A stretch of DNA of 63,933 bases, filler included, from Octopus bimaculoides (GCF_001194135.2; 5 parts of 5 records of this genome joined end to end with filler, not necessarily neighbours in it), one strand, 5' to 3'; positions 11,678 to 23,629 are shown, numbered from the whole stretch's first letter. The notes: generated by a model from the sequence alone, not told the origin. Numbers and translations: made by a program.

Positions 11678-11737
<60 letters not shown>

Positions 11738-12218
11738 NNNNNNNNNNNNNNNNNNNNNNNNNNNNNNNNNNNNNNNNNNNNNNNNNNNNNNNNNNNNNNN
11801 NNNNNNNNNNNNNNNNNNNNNNNNNNNNNNNNNNNNNNNNNNNNNNNNNNNNNNNNNNNNNNNNNNNNNNNNNNNNNNNNNNNNNNNNNNNNNNNNNNNN
11901 NNNNNNNNNNNNNNNNNNNNNNNNNNNNNNNNNNNNNNNNNNNNNNNNNNNNNNNNNNNNNNNNNNNNNNNNNNNNNNNNNNNNNNNNNNNNNNNNNNNN
12001 NNNNNNNNNNNNNNNNNNNNNNNNNNNNNNNNNNNNNNNNNNNNNNNNNNNNNNNNNNNNNNNNNNNNNNNNNNNNNNNNNNNNNNNNNNNNNNNNNNNN
12101 NNNNNNATATATATATATATATATATACACACACAAACCTATCCATGAATTTTGTTAATAGCAATTATTCAAAATAACGTGTTGCATGTAGTCAAGCAAA
12201 AAGAAAAAAGGCTGAGCA

Positions 12219-12682
12219 CAGTAATCACTCACCACATCGCGGTTCACCTCAGTACATCGCGGATTTTTCTGGCCAATACATATAAATTTATATCGCGGAC
12301 TCCTCAGTATATCGCGGGTTTCTGCGGCCGATAGGTATTCATATTTTGTTAGATTTTAGTTATTTCTGAGGTAAAATAACCCTTATTACGCCTAAAAATT
12401 AATAAATTAATAAATAAAAATACAGTACTGCACTGTATAACACATTAATTGAAATATATTAAAAGAAAAAACGTGGTGTACCGTAAACGAAGAATCGCAC
12501 ATACTGTACGTAAAACGAAACTCGGGAGGCGAGGTGTGGGGTTGTTTTGCATTTATAATGATATAAATATATACAAATTATAAAAATAATTTTTTTAAAA
12601 TATACAGTATTGTTTCTACTTCGCGGATTTTCACCTATCGCAGGGGGGGGACGTAACACTCATGATAGTCGAGGAATTATCT
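12219..12682. mobile_element. Tigger/pogo-like MITE
   Basis: Ends CAGTAATCACTCACCACATCGCGG ... GATAGTCGAGGAATTA resemble Tigger-type TIRs; same family as 49262-49498 in opposite orientation. Confidence 0.65.
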
Positions 12683-13066
12683 CCATTTCCAGGGAAGACA
12701 CAGAAGACACGGAAGATCTCTTGTGTGTTGTGTCTATATATGCAACACTGTTATTTCGACCTTCTTTTGTATATACCTGTTTTATACACGTTGCATAAAC
12801 ACCAATTATACACACCTGTTCTATATATCTGTTATAGACACCTGTTTTATACACCTGTTATTTGCACCTGTTCTGAGACTAATTACAAACAGTATAATCA
12901 ATTTTACGCTCATGAGAGATTCAGTCAGTATATGACAATGTTAAGCTTCATGTTCATTTTGTGTTGTCTTTCTATAAAAACTTGCACCGAAACATTCCGA
13001 CCAATCCTTCTTCCCCAAATTGGCCTCCACTGAAACCTCCTTTCCGTTCACATTCATCGTTGTTGT

Positions 13067-13411
13067 TGGCACTCCGTCGCTTACGATGTCGAGGGTTCCA
13101 GTTGATCCGATCAACAGAACAGCCTGCTCGTGAAATTAACGTGAAAGTGGCTGAGCACTCCACAGACACGTGTACCCTTAACGTAGTTCTCGGGGATATT
13201 CAGCGTGACACAGTGTGACAAGGCTGACCCTTTTGCATTACAGGCACAACAGAAACCGGAAGTAAGAGCGAGAGAAAGTTGTGGTGAAAGAGTACAGCAG
13301 GGTTCGCCACCAGCCCCTGCTGGAGCCTCGTGTAGCTTTTAGGTGTTTTTGCTCAATAAACACTCACAACGCCCGGTCTGGGAATCGAAACAGCGATCCT
13401 ATGACCACGAG
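13067..13411 (-). mobile_element. tRNA-derived SINE, family C (head runs into the gap)
   Basis: Inverted copy of 13864-14180; minus strand has GTCATAGGATCGCTGTTTCGATTCCCAGACC, a tRNA-like head. Confidence 0.85.
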
Positions 13412-13863
13412 NNNNNNNNNNNNNNNNNNNNNNNNNNNNNNNNNNNNNNNNNNNNNNNNNNNNNNNNNNNNNNNNNNNNNNNNNNNNNNNNNNNNNNNNN
13501 NNNNNNNNNNNNNNNNNNNNNNNNNNNNNNNNNNNNNNNNNNNNNNNNNNNNNNNNNNNNNNNNNNNNNNNNNNNNNNNNNNNNNNNNNNNNNNNNNNNN
13601 NNNNNNNNNNNNNNNNNNNNNNNNNNNNNNNNNNNNNNNNNNNNNNNNNNNNNNNNNNNNNNNNNNNNNNNNNNNNNNNNNNNNNNNNNNNNNNNNNNNN
13701 NNNNNNNNNNNNNNNNNNNNNNNNNNNNNNNNNNNNNNNNNNNNNNNNNNNNNNNNNNNNNNNNNNNNNNNNNNNNNNNNNNNNNNNNNNNNNNNNNNNN
13801 NNNNNNNNNNNNNNNNNNNNNNNNNNNNNNNNNNNNNNNNNNNNNNNNNNNNNNNNNNNNNNN

Positions 13864-14180
13864 TCCCAGACCGGGCGTTGTGAGTGTTTATTGAGCGAAA
13901 ACACCTAAAGCTCCATGAGACTCCGGCAGGGGCTGGTGGCGAACCCTGCTGTACTCTTTCACCACAACTTTCTCTCACTCTTACAGCCTGTTTCTGTTGT
14001 GCCTGTAATTCAAAGGGTCAGCCTTGTCACACTCTGTGTCAAGCTGAATCTCCCCGAGAACTACGTTATGGGTACACGTGTCTGTGGAGTGCTCAGCCAC
14101 TTGCACGTTAATTTCACAAGTAGGCTGTTCCGTTGATCGGATCAACTGGAACCCTCATCGTCGCAACCGACCGAGTGCCG
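13864..14180 (+). mobile_element. tRNA-derived SINE, family C
   Basis: TCCCAGACCGGGCGTTGTGAG...GGAACCCTC...GAGTGCC; reverse complement of 13067-13385 with scattered substitutions. Confidence 0.85.
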
Positions 14181-14784
14181 TAGTTAATAGTAAAATAAGG
14201 AATCAGATCGAATCAGGTACTTGAAAAGATATGCACCAGGTAAGGTTTGAGAAATCTGAGCTGACAATTAAGATGTTTTGTTAGAACGCCGAATACTGGC
14301 TTATTTACCTCGAGACGAGCTCTCATAGGAAGCATGGTGCATAAAAAGAGACATATTTATATGGTTTGCAGACAAGAACCGTATGTTCCGGGTGCCAGAA
14401 CTACCAGATCATGTGATTTCAACGTACCCTGTCACCTCAGTGACAGAGGTGCTGAAAAGTCACCGAAATTCTATATATAGTTGGCAGTGAGATTCAGCTG
14501 TTATACGGTTACCGGACGTCTACCACTAAAGACACGATATACGTCGGAGTCAGTGATCTGGTAGGTCTGGCGCCTGTTGCACTCGATTTTCTTCTACTTA
14601 CGATATAAATACGCATGCTTTTATACACTATGTCTCCATATGAGGGTTCCTCTCAAGCAAATAACACGATTTTCAGGGTTCTGAGAAAACGTCCACGTTA
14701 AGTTGGATACAAAGATTGCTTCTTGGTATTAATTCTGCTTCTGTCACTAATAATTGCGCGCGCGCGTGCGTGTGTGTGTGAGGG

Positions 14785-15075
14785 TTTTGGCCTAGTGGTA
14801 GGGTTATTGCCCTTTCGATCGTTAGAGTTTGGGTTCGGTTCCCAGACTAGCGGTGTGTTGCGTTCTTGAGCAAAACACTTCATTTCACGTTGCTTCCCTC
14901 CACTCAGCTTAAAGGGGTCACCCTGCGAGGGTCTGAACTTCCGGTCAAGAGGAACGTTGGCCGGCTCACCTAACCGGCAAGGTGGCCTCATTCGAAAGCT
15001 AAAACGATGCAAAGCGCATTGTGACCAGTGATGTATAACAACATCCGATAGTCGGGTCGATCATGTGACATACAG
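14785..15075 (+). mobile_element. tRNA-derived SINE, family D
   Basis: A/B-box-like GGCCTAGTGGTAGGG...GGTTCGGTTCCC then TTCTTGAGCAAAACACTTCATTTCAC; related heads at 22850-22985 (-) and 50795-50930 (+). Confidence 0.65.
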
Positions 15076-15079
15076 AGAC

Positions 15080-15580
15080 ACACGCACACACAAATAAACA
15101 CGCATACACACATACATACACACGCACGCACACACACACACACACACACATACATACACACTCATACGTACACACAAACAAATACACACACACAAACAAA
15201 TACACACACACATGCACACAAGCATACAAATTCATGCATACACACATACAAACACATACACATACACATACGCACACATACGTACACACACACACAAATG
15301 CACACACACACATGCACACACATATATATACACACATACATACGCACTCAAACACATACACAGACATACATACACACGCACAACACACAAGTACACACAC
15401 ATCCAAGCACACACACATACACACACATATACACACATGCACACACACATACATACACACGCACACACCCACAAACACACACACAAACAAACACACACAC
15501 ACACACACACACACAAACACTCACACGTACTCACATACACACATACACACACATAAATACGCACACACGCACACACCCTA
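15080..15580. repeat. Cryptic (CA)-rich microsatellite
   Basis: Degenerate CA/CATA/CACG repeats; source of several spurious His/Thr and Cys/Val ORFs. Confidence 0.95.
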
Positions 15581-15925
15581 TTTGATAGCTTAAACATACA
15601 CAAGCATATGAGAGGCCCCTTAATTTCAGAGGCGCATAATAAGGAAAACAAGATCTAAGCGCATTGGAGCTTATGGCAGGACCGACCTGGGCTGACTTTT
15701 TGGAGACGCTTTTGCTGAAAAAAAAGTCCATCAAATACGGTATTTATTTTATACAAGTAAAACAAGGAAGCCTCGATGCGATTGTCACAACTGGAACACA
15801 TTGATCATGCATCTGCTAGACTTTTGCTGCCTTGGGTCTATATAATAACAATCGATTTTATATAAGACCACACACGAAGATTCTATAACAAGAGGCTCAG
15901 TCGGTTGGAGGAGTCATCCAAGCAG

Positions 15926-16519
15926 TGTTTCTTATTTCTTTATTGTCCACAGGGGGCTAAACATAGAGGGGACAAACAAGGACAGACAAAGGGATTAAGT
16001 CGATTACATCAATCCCAGTGCGTAACTGGTACTTAATTANNNNNNNNNNNNNNNNNNNNNNNNNNNNNNNNNNNNNNNNNNNNNNNNNNNNNNNNNNNNN
16101 NNNNNNNNNNNNNNNNNNNNNNNNNNNNNNNNNNNNNNNNNNNNNNNNNNNNNNNNNNNNNNNNNNNNNNNNNNNNNNNNNNNNNNNNNNNNNNNNNNNN
16201 NNNNNNNNNNNNNNNNNNNNNNNNNNNNNNNNNNNNNNNNNNNNNNNNNNNNNNNNNNNNNNNNNNNNNNNNNNNNNNNNNNNNNNNNNNNNNNNNNNTG
16301 TTTCTTATTTCTTTATTGTCCACAGGGGGCTAAACATAGAGGGGACAAACAAGGACAGACAAAGGGATTAAGTCGATTACATCAATCCCAGTGCGTAACT
16401 GGTACTTAATTATCGACCCCGAAAAGAGAAAAAAGGCAAAGTCGACCTCGGCGGAATTTGAACTCAAAACGTAAAGACAGACGTCCAGTGTGCTAACGAT
16501 TCTGCCAGCTCGCCGCCTT
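15926..16519 (-). mobile_element. SINE family A with a 114-bp segment duplicated across an N gap
   Basis: 15926-16039 is identical to 16299-16412; the head of the element is at about 16440-16519. Confidence 0.85.
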
Positions 16520-17051
16520 GCGGTGTTTCTAAGTGGAACCTCAACCACCATGAAATAACAGCCAAATATCCATCTAATTACACTCTACTGTCTTTGAATT
16601 ATATTAGGTGATCTTTAGATAAGCTTGGTCTGAATGGATACAAAGATGCGATGCCTTCGATCACAGAGCTGTTAAGCCATCACTAACTCAGGGCTAAGCA
16701 GCTACAATGGCATATATTTTATTTAAAACAAAACTGATGTCTTTGAGAGCGAACCTCTCTTCTTAGAGTTTAGGTTTTTCGGGTGTAACTGATAACGTCG
16801 GAAGAATCTGATTTGGTGTTGCAACTAACTCAATGACAGAATGGTTATTTCCGTCTTGGAATTATTAATGGATCCACTTCTCAAAGCGTGCGGCGTTCGT
16901 CAAAAGCGCAACACTATGGCAACATTTAACAGACTGTTTACGTTGTGTGTGTGCCAAGATTCCATTGACCTGGCCAATGAGAAATCATAAATATTCCCTG
17001 ATATTGTCAGAGAGAGGCACATAAATAAGACATTCTCGGTGTAATCAATCA

Positions 17052-17117
17052 GAAAGGTCAGTCTGGGAGGTCATCTGCGAGAGGTCAAGCAAAGAACTCA
17101 ATCGGAAAGGTCAATTG
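17052..17117 (+). promoter_or_regulatory. Cluster of AGGTCA nuclear-receptor half-sites at about 13-bp period
   Basis: AGGTCA at 17055, 17068, 17082, 17108 (AACTCA at 17095); TGACCT at 16966 and CCAAT at 16974 nearby. Motif-only evidence. Confidence 0.35.
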
Positions 17118-17164
17118 AAAAGGAAGAAAAACTTTGTTAAAACTGTCCTCATCGAATTTACTAA

Positions 17165-17618
<454 letters not shown>

Positions 17619-18501
17619 NNNNNNNNNNNNNNNNNNNNNNNNNNNNNNNNNNNNNNNNNNNNNNNNNNNNNNNNNNNNNNNNNNNNNNNNNNNNNNNNNN
17701 NNNNNNNNNNNNNNNNNNNNNNNNNNNNNNNNNNNNNNNNNNNNNNNNNNNNNNNNNNNNNNNNNNNNNNNNNNNNNNNNNNNNNNNNNNNNNNNNNNNN
17801 NNNNNNNNNNNNNNNNNNNNNNNNNNNNNNNNNNNNNNNNNNNNNNNNNNNNNNNNNNNNNNNNNNNNNNNNNNNNNNNNNNNNNNNNNNNNNNNNNNNN
17901 NNNNNNNNNNNNNNNNNNNNNNNNNNNNNNNNNNNNNNNNNNNNNNNNNNNNNNNNNNNNNNNNNNNNNNNNNNNNNNNNNNNNNNNNNNNNNNNNNNNN
18001 NNNNNNNNNNNNNNNNNNNNNNNNNNNNNNNNNNNNNNNNNNNNNNNNNNNNNNNNNNNNNNNNNNNNNNNNNNNNNNNNNNNNNNNNNNNNNNNNNNNN
18101 NNNNNNNNNNNNNNNNNNNNNNNNNNNNNNNNNNNNNNNNNNNNNNNNNNNNNNNNNNNNNNNNNNNNNNNNNNNNNNNNNNNNNNNNNNNNNNNNNNNN
18201 NNNNNNNNNNNNNNNNNNNNNNNNNNNNNNNNNNNNNNNNNNNNNNNNNNNNNNNNNNNNNNNNNNNNNNNNNNNNNNNNNNNNNNNNNNNNNNNNNNNN
18301 NNNNNNNNNNNNNNNNNNNNNNNNNNNNNNNNNNNNNNNNNNNNNNNNNNNNNNNNNNNNNNNNNNNNNNNNNNNNNNNNNNNNNNNNNNNNNNNNNNNN
18401 NNNNNNNNNNNNNNNNNNNNNNNNNNNNNNNNNNNNNNNNNNNNNNNNNNNNNNNNNNNNNNNNNNNNNNNNNNNNNNNNNNNNNNNNNNNNNNNNNNNN
18501 N

Positions 18502-19331
18502 ACATACGTAGACACACGCACACAAATACACATACATGCACACAAACAAACACACATGCACACACACGGATACACACACACGCGCATACACACACGCACA
18601 TACACACGCACATATATACATGCAGACACTCACGCACATATGCTCACACAAACACTCACGCACGCATACACACGCATACACACACACAAATACACACATA
18701 TGCACACAAACACACACACATTCACATACATACGTAGACACACGCACACAAATACACATACATGCACACAAACAAACACACATGCACACACACGGATACA
18801 CACACACGCGCATACACACACGCACATATATACATGCACACACACACACACACACAAGCAAACACACACACAAACACATACACACACATACGTACACACA
18901 CACAATTACACACACGTGCACACAAACGCATACACATACACATATACATACAAACACATACACACACATACATACACAAGCACAACATACAAGTACACAC
19001 ACACGAGCACACACACACTCAAGTACACTCACAAACTCACACACACACATGCACAAACACGTACAACACACAAGCACACACAAGCACAAACACGCACAAG
19101 CGCACGCACATACACATGCACACATACACACGCGTGCAACCCCAAAGTACACACACACACACACACACACACAAGCACACAAAAACATACACACATACAC
19201 AAACACACACACAAGCACACACACACAAACACACACACACATGAACACACACACACATGAACACACACACACACATGCACATGCACACATACACACACAG
19301 ATACAAGCACACACAAATACACACGCACATG

Positions 19332-19376
<45 letters not shown>
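18502..19376. repeat. Cryptic (CA)-rich microsatellite with internal duplications
   Basis: Direct inspection; ACATACGTAGACACACGCACACAAATACACATACATGCACACAAACAAACAC occurs at 18502 and 18728. Confidence 0.95.
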
Positions 19377-19378
<2 letters not shown>

Positions 19379-19475
19379 GTATTAGCATTTCGCTTCGGCA
19401 TGGCGATACGAATAACCCGGATATGCTTCGAGATAAAGTCTGAGGCGAATGCTGAGTGTAAAATGGAAGGCGTAC
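19377..19475 (-). other. Candidate exon (99 bp), product unknown
   Basis: Strong acceptor ccttcgttcttcctttacttag|, donor CGG|gtgtgt, GC/CpG-richer unique sequence; two frames open, third ends ...AEAKC*. Confidence 0.35.
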
Positions 19476-19717
19476 CTAAGTAAAGGAAGAACGAAGGATT
19501 AGGGATTACTTAATCGACTCCATTCGCTCATTACTTCCGGTTCTGCTATAAAATGTTCAAGCACTCAGCTCTGAGAGCATTACACCTTGTAGCAGAAACA
19601 GCTATCAGCTAATGAAGCTGATTACGCAATTCCTATTTCTTTCTCCTTTCTTTAATTTGATGTGTGTGTGTGTGAGTACGCGTGTGTGTATATGCGCACG
19701 CACACACACACACTCAC

Positions 19718-19913
19718 CGGTCGTACTTCTGACACATCCAAACATCTAGGCGCCACCTGCTTCCTGTCCAGCTTTGCGGTCAAAGAAGGAACTGTTGTAG
19801 CTGAGCAATTGAGCCTACTCTGACAACACCATGTGACCCGTCTTGACCAATAGCAGCCAATTTTCCAGTAACCATCTTGGACTTCCTGCATTCTTCCATT
19901 CGGTAATCTAAAT
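19718..19913 (-). other. Candidate exon (196 bp), product unknown
   Basis: Acceptor gggtttctaacag|, consensus donor CCG|gtgagt; one open frame (FRLPNGRMQEVQDGYWKIGCYWSRRVTWCCQSRLNC...), another with a single TGA. Confidence 0.4.
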
Positions 19914-20104
19914 CTGTTAGAAACCCGCGAAACTTTACTTCGCTTCGAACCGAATCAAGCTGTTTTAATTAATACAAATATACATACACAATTTTACTCT
20001 TTTACATGTTTCATCCTGAGGGCTGTGATCATGCTGGAGTACCGGCTATGTAATCAACGCTGCTTCAATAATATTTAATATTTGGTGAATAAGATATTGA
20101 CGTC

Positions 20105-20330
20105 AGGATACGGAACGAGATTGTGTAACAGCTTAGGTTTCAAGGGCCTACAGCTCTTCAATATCCTTTCAAAATGCGTGTAAGAGACCTGCGTTGGGTG
20201 GATGTAAGTGTCTTCAAAACAGAACTGGATCTCCTCTTGTTAAGAGTTCCGGTTGAACCTATTTCGCGGCAGGAAACACAGATGAAAGCAGTAACATCAA
20301 ACTCCCTCGTTCACCAAATGTCACATATCA
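20105..20330 (+). mobile_element. Non-LTR (LINE) ORF2 3'-end fragment
   Basis: Frameshifted YGTRLCNSLGFKGP.../GVDVSVFKTELDLLLLRVPVEP, homologous to 51074-51285. Confidence 0.7.
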
Positions 20331-20424
20331 GAGGAGGTTTCAAGTAGTGAAAGTGTAGCAAAGCTAACGGCGGTGCCCCAGCATGGCCGCAGCTCTCAGG
20401 TTGAAACCAATAAAAGAAGAAAAA

Positions 20425-20600
20425 CCAGAGTTTACTATCGCTGCCGTCATTTGCGTCTCTTGCAGCGACGTTGGTTCGCCTGGAATCACAAGTATTCCGT
20501 TATCCAGATGCCTGTAGAACATCTCTACATCGACTCCTTCGAGAACGGTTAGCTTCTTTCGCGAGATATCAAAAAGCTGTGAGCCTTCAGCCCTAGGTTG
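20425..20600 (-). mobile_element. Non-LTR (LINE) ORF2 3'-end fragment, diverged
   Basis: GSQLFDISRKKLTVLEGVDVEMFYRHLDNGILVIPGEPTSLQETQMTAAIVNS aligns with GPQLFNALPKHLRDMQDMDTEVFKTKLDAFLSTIPDEPMARNETQFRAAMSNS at 51074. Confidence 0.65.
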
Positions 20601-21959
20601 GTACAGTATGTGGTCCTGATTTTTGATAAGGAAGATGGGAATGAAAACAACTGTTTGGGTGAGCATGCGTGTATGGTCGTGTTGTATATATGTGTGTATT
20701 TTAGATTTTAGAACTAGCATTTTTGTGTGTTCGCTGGAAATATATATCTATATATTGCAAGTGGAAGCGAGTTACTGCCATTTCGAGTAGACAAGGTGTC
20801 TGCTACTGAAGAGTGGCAGAAATAGCCCGAGACCAGGACTGGTCTGCTGGTCTCGCCGCTAGAGGGTTATAGGAGTTCGTTCCCCTGCTCGCAATTTATC
20901 GGATGCAGCTGTGCATCGTTGACACCACCTAGAAGAGATGTCCTCCTGGGGTTAAAAAATCGCAGTAGAGTCTGTTCGAATGGACAGCCATGTTATATAT
21001 ATATATATATATATATNNNNNNNNNNNNNNNNNNNNNNNNNNNNNNNNNNNNNNNNNNNNNNNNNNNNNNNNNNNNNNNNNNNNNNNNNNNNNNNNNNNN
21101 NNNNNNNNNNNNNNNNNNNNNNNNNNNNNNNNNNNNNNNNNNNNNNNNNNNNNNNNNNNNNNNNNNNNNNNNNNNNNNNNNNNNNNNNNNNNNNNNNNNN
21201 NNNNNNNNNNNNNNNNNNNNNNNNNNNNNNNNNNNNNNNNNNNNNNNNNNNNNNNNNNNNNNNNNNNNNNNNNNNNNNNNNNNNNNNNNNNNNNNNNNNN
21301 NNNNNNNNNNNNNNNNNNNNNNNNNNNNNNNNNNNNNNNNNNNNNNNNNNNNNNNNNNNNNNNNNNNNNNNNNNNNNNNNNNNNNNNNNNNNNNNNNNNN
21401 NNNNNNNNNNNNNNNNNNNNNNNNNNNNNNNNNNNNNNNNNNNNNNNNNNNNNNNNNNNNNNNNNNNNNNNNNNNNNNNNNNNNNNNNNNNNNNNNNNNN
21501 NNNNNNNNNNNNNNNNNNNNNNNNNNNNNNNNNNNNNNNNNNNNNNNNNNNNNNNNNNNNNNNNNNNNNNNNNNNNNNNNNNNNNNNNNNNNNNNNNNNN
21601 NNNNNNNNNNNNNNNNNNNNNNNNNNNNNNNNNNNNNNNNNNNNNNNNNNNNNNNNNNNNNNNNNNNNNNNNNNNNNNNNNNNNNNNNNNNNNNNNNNNN
21701 NNNNNNNNNNNNNNNNNNNNNNNNNNNNNNNNNNNNNNNNNNNNNNNNNNNNNNNNNNNNNNNNNNNNNNNNNNNNNNNNNNNNNNNNNNNNNNNNNNNN
21801 NNNNNNNNNNNNNNNNNNNNNNNNNNNNNNNNNNNNNNNNNNNNNNNNNNNNNNNNNNNNNNNNNNNNNNNNNNNNNNNNNNNNNNNNNNNNNCACACAC
21901 ACACACACACACACTCACACATACACCGCCTTCAAGTAACTTAGTCGAACAAATTGACA

Positions 21960-22165
21960 ACCAGTACTTTTTTAAAAGCCTGTTACTTATTCTATCGGTG
22001 TCTTTTGTCGAACCGCTGGATTTCTCTCAGTTTCCGTCTACAAAATTCACTCACAGGCTTTGGTCGGCCCGAGGCTATAGTAGAAGACACTTGCCCACAG
22101 TGTCACGCAGTGAGACTGAACCTGGAACCATGTGGCTTGGAGGCAAGCTTCTTCTTACCATAACA
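21960..22165 (-). mobile_element. SINE family B (internally deleted)
   Basis: Minus strand GGTAAGAAGAAGCTTGCCTCCAAGCCACATGGTTCCAGGTTCAGTCTCACTGCGTG...GGCAAGTGTCTTCTACTATAGCCTCGGGCCGACCAAAGCC. Confidence 0.8.
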
Positions 22166-22280
22166 GACGCCCGCGTCTGCTGCTGGAAAAATAAGACAGC
22201 TAACGCACTCCTGAAATCTCTACCTTGCACGGAATGTTGGATGATGCAGTTTCAAAGACGTAACTGTCAGTCATCAACTA

Positions 22281-22747
22281 CATGGTTATTCTATGGTCAT
22301 CCTCTGGTTATCCACATAGCCATCCTCTGGTTATCCACATGGTCATCCACATGGTCATCCTCTGGTCATCCTCTGGTCATCCCCGGTCATCCTCTGGTCA
22401 TCCACATGGTCATCCTCTGGTCATCTCCGGTTATCCACATGGCAATCCTCTGGTCATCCACATGGTCATCCTCTGGTCATCTACATGGTCATCCTCTGGT
22501 CATCCACATGGTCATTCTCTGGTCATTCACATGGTCATCTCCTGGTCATCCACATGGTCATCCTCTGGTCATCTCCGGTTATCCACAAGGCAATCCTCTG
22601 GTCATCCACATGGTCATCCTCTGGTCATCTACATGGTCATCCTCTGGTCATCTCCGGTCATCCTCTGGTTATCCACATGGTCATCCTCTGGTCATCTTCT
22701 GGTCATCCACATTGTCATTCACACGGTCATCCTCTGGTCATCCTCTG
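22281..22747. repeat. Minisatellite of mixed 11/12-bp units TGGTCATCCTC / TGGTCATCCACA
   Basis: Roughly 40 units by direct inspection, with higher-order blocks such as GGTCATCTCCGGTTATCCACA.GGCAATCCTCT repeated. Confidence 0.95.
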
Positions 22748-23219
22748 ATCTTGGTTCCCGAGGACACAAATGGTCAGTTACTCGGTTTCCTTAGCGTTTA
22801 TGTGACCGACATCAATGCGGTGCCCCTGTCCGTCACAAGGGGTGGCCCATTCACAACTGAGTGGTCTGGATTAAAATGAAATGAAACGTCTTGCTGAAGG
22901 GCACAACGCACCCTTTCTTCCGATAATCGAAACCACGACCACAAGAGTGAGTGCAACACCCTAACCAGTCGGCCACGCCCCTTCATCAGTCACACGTGTT
23001 CGATCATAACTTTGCTTGCTTAACGAGGATCTGGGATGAAACAATACCAGCGATTAAGGACCGTCGAGGATAACAGATTCGTGAGGTGTGGTAGGAGGAG
23101 ACTTTTAAGCAGAACACTTTTCCGAACTAAAGAAAGATCCTAGTGGCCCCGTCGTTGACACATGGACTATCCGTCGTAAACGTTCCGCTTACTAAATGTA
23201 GTTTCTGCTGAAATGCACA

Positions 23220-23605
23220 GGTGTGGTTGTGTTAGCGCTCTTTCTAACCACTTCGCTCCGGGTTCAGTCCCACTCTGTGGCGGCACTTTCGATACATGTT
23301 CTCCTGTGTACTCTGGACCGACCGATGCCATGGGAGTGTATAAGCCGCGCGCGTGCATGTGTGTTTCTGTGCGCAATCACGCATGTGTATGTCGTGTGTG
23401 TGTGTGTATCTTTGTATTTGTCTCTCCATAGCTTCACAACCGCTGTTGATTCGTTTATGTCCCCAAAACTTCGCGGTTCGTTAAAAAACACAGCGATAGA
23501 ATAATTATCAGATTTGTATAAACAAGTATCGTAGAGGATTTGTTCGCCTAAACCTTTACAATCGCTGCCCCAGCATGGCCACAATCCAATGACACTGGAA
23601 CATTT
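23220..23605 (+). mobile_element. SINE family B, near full length, diverged
   Basis: Head GGTTCAGTCCCACTCTGTGGCGGCAC, central (TG)n, tail GCTGCCCCAGCATGGCCACAATCCAATGACACTGGAAC. Confidence 0.75.
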
Positions 23606-23629
23606 TAATTTTTTTTTTTTGGTAATCTG

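Noticed and set aside
12972-13169. ORF with RHRKRRS resembling a furin-cleaved propeptide
   Set aside because: The motif comes from the SINE-C 3' end; no splice support.
22850-22985. tRNA-like sequences here and at 14785, 50795 and other SINE heads
   Set aside because: A/B-box-like motifs continue into SINE bodies and lack a complete cloverleaf; not tRNA genes.
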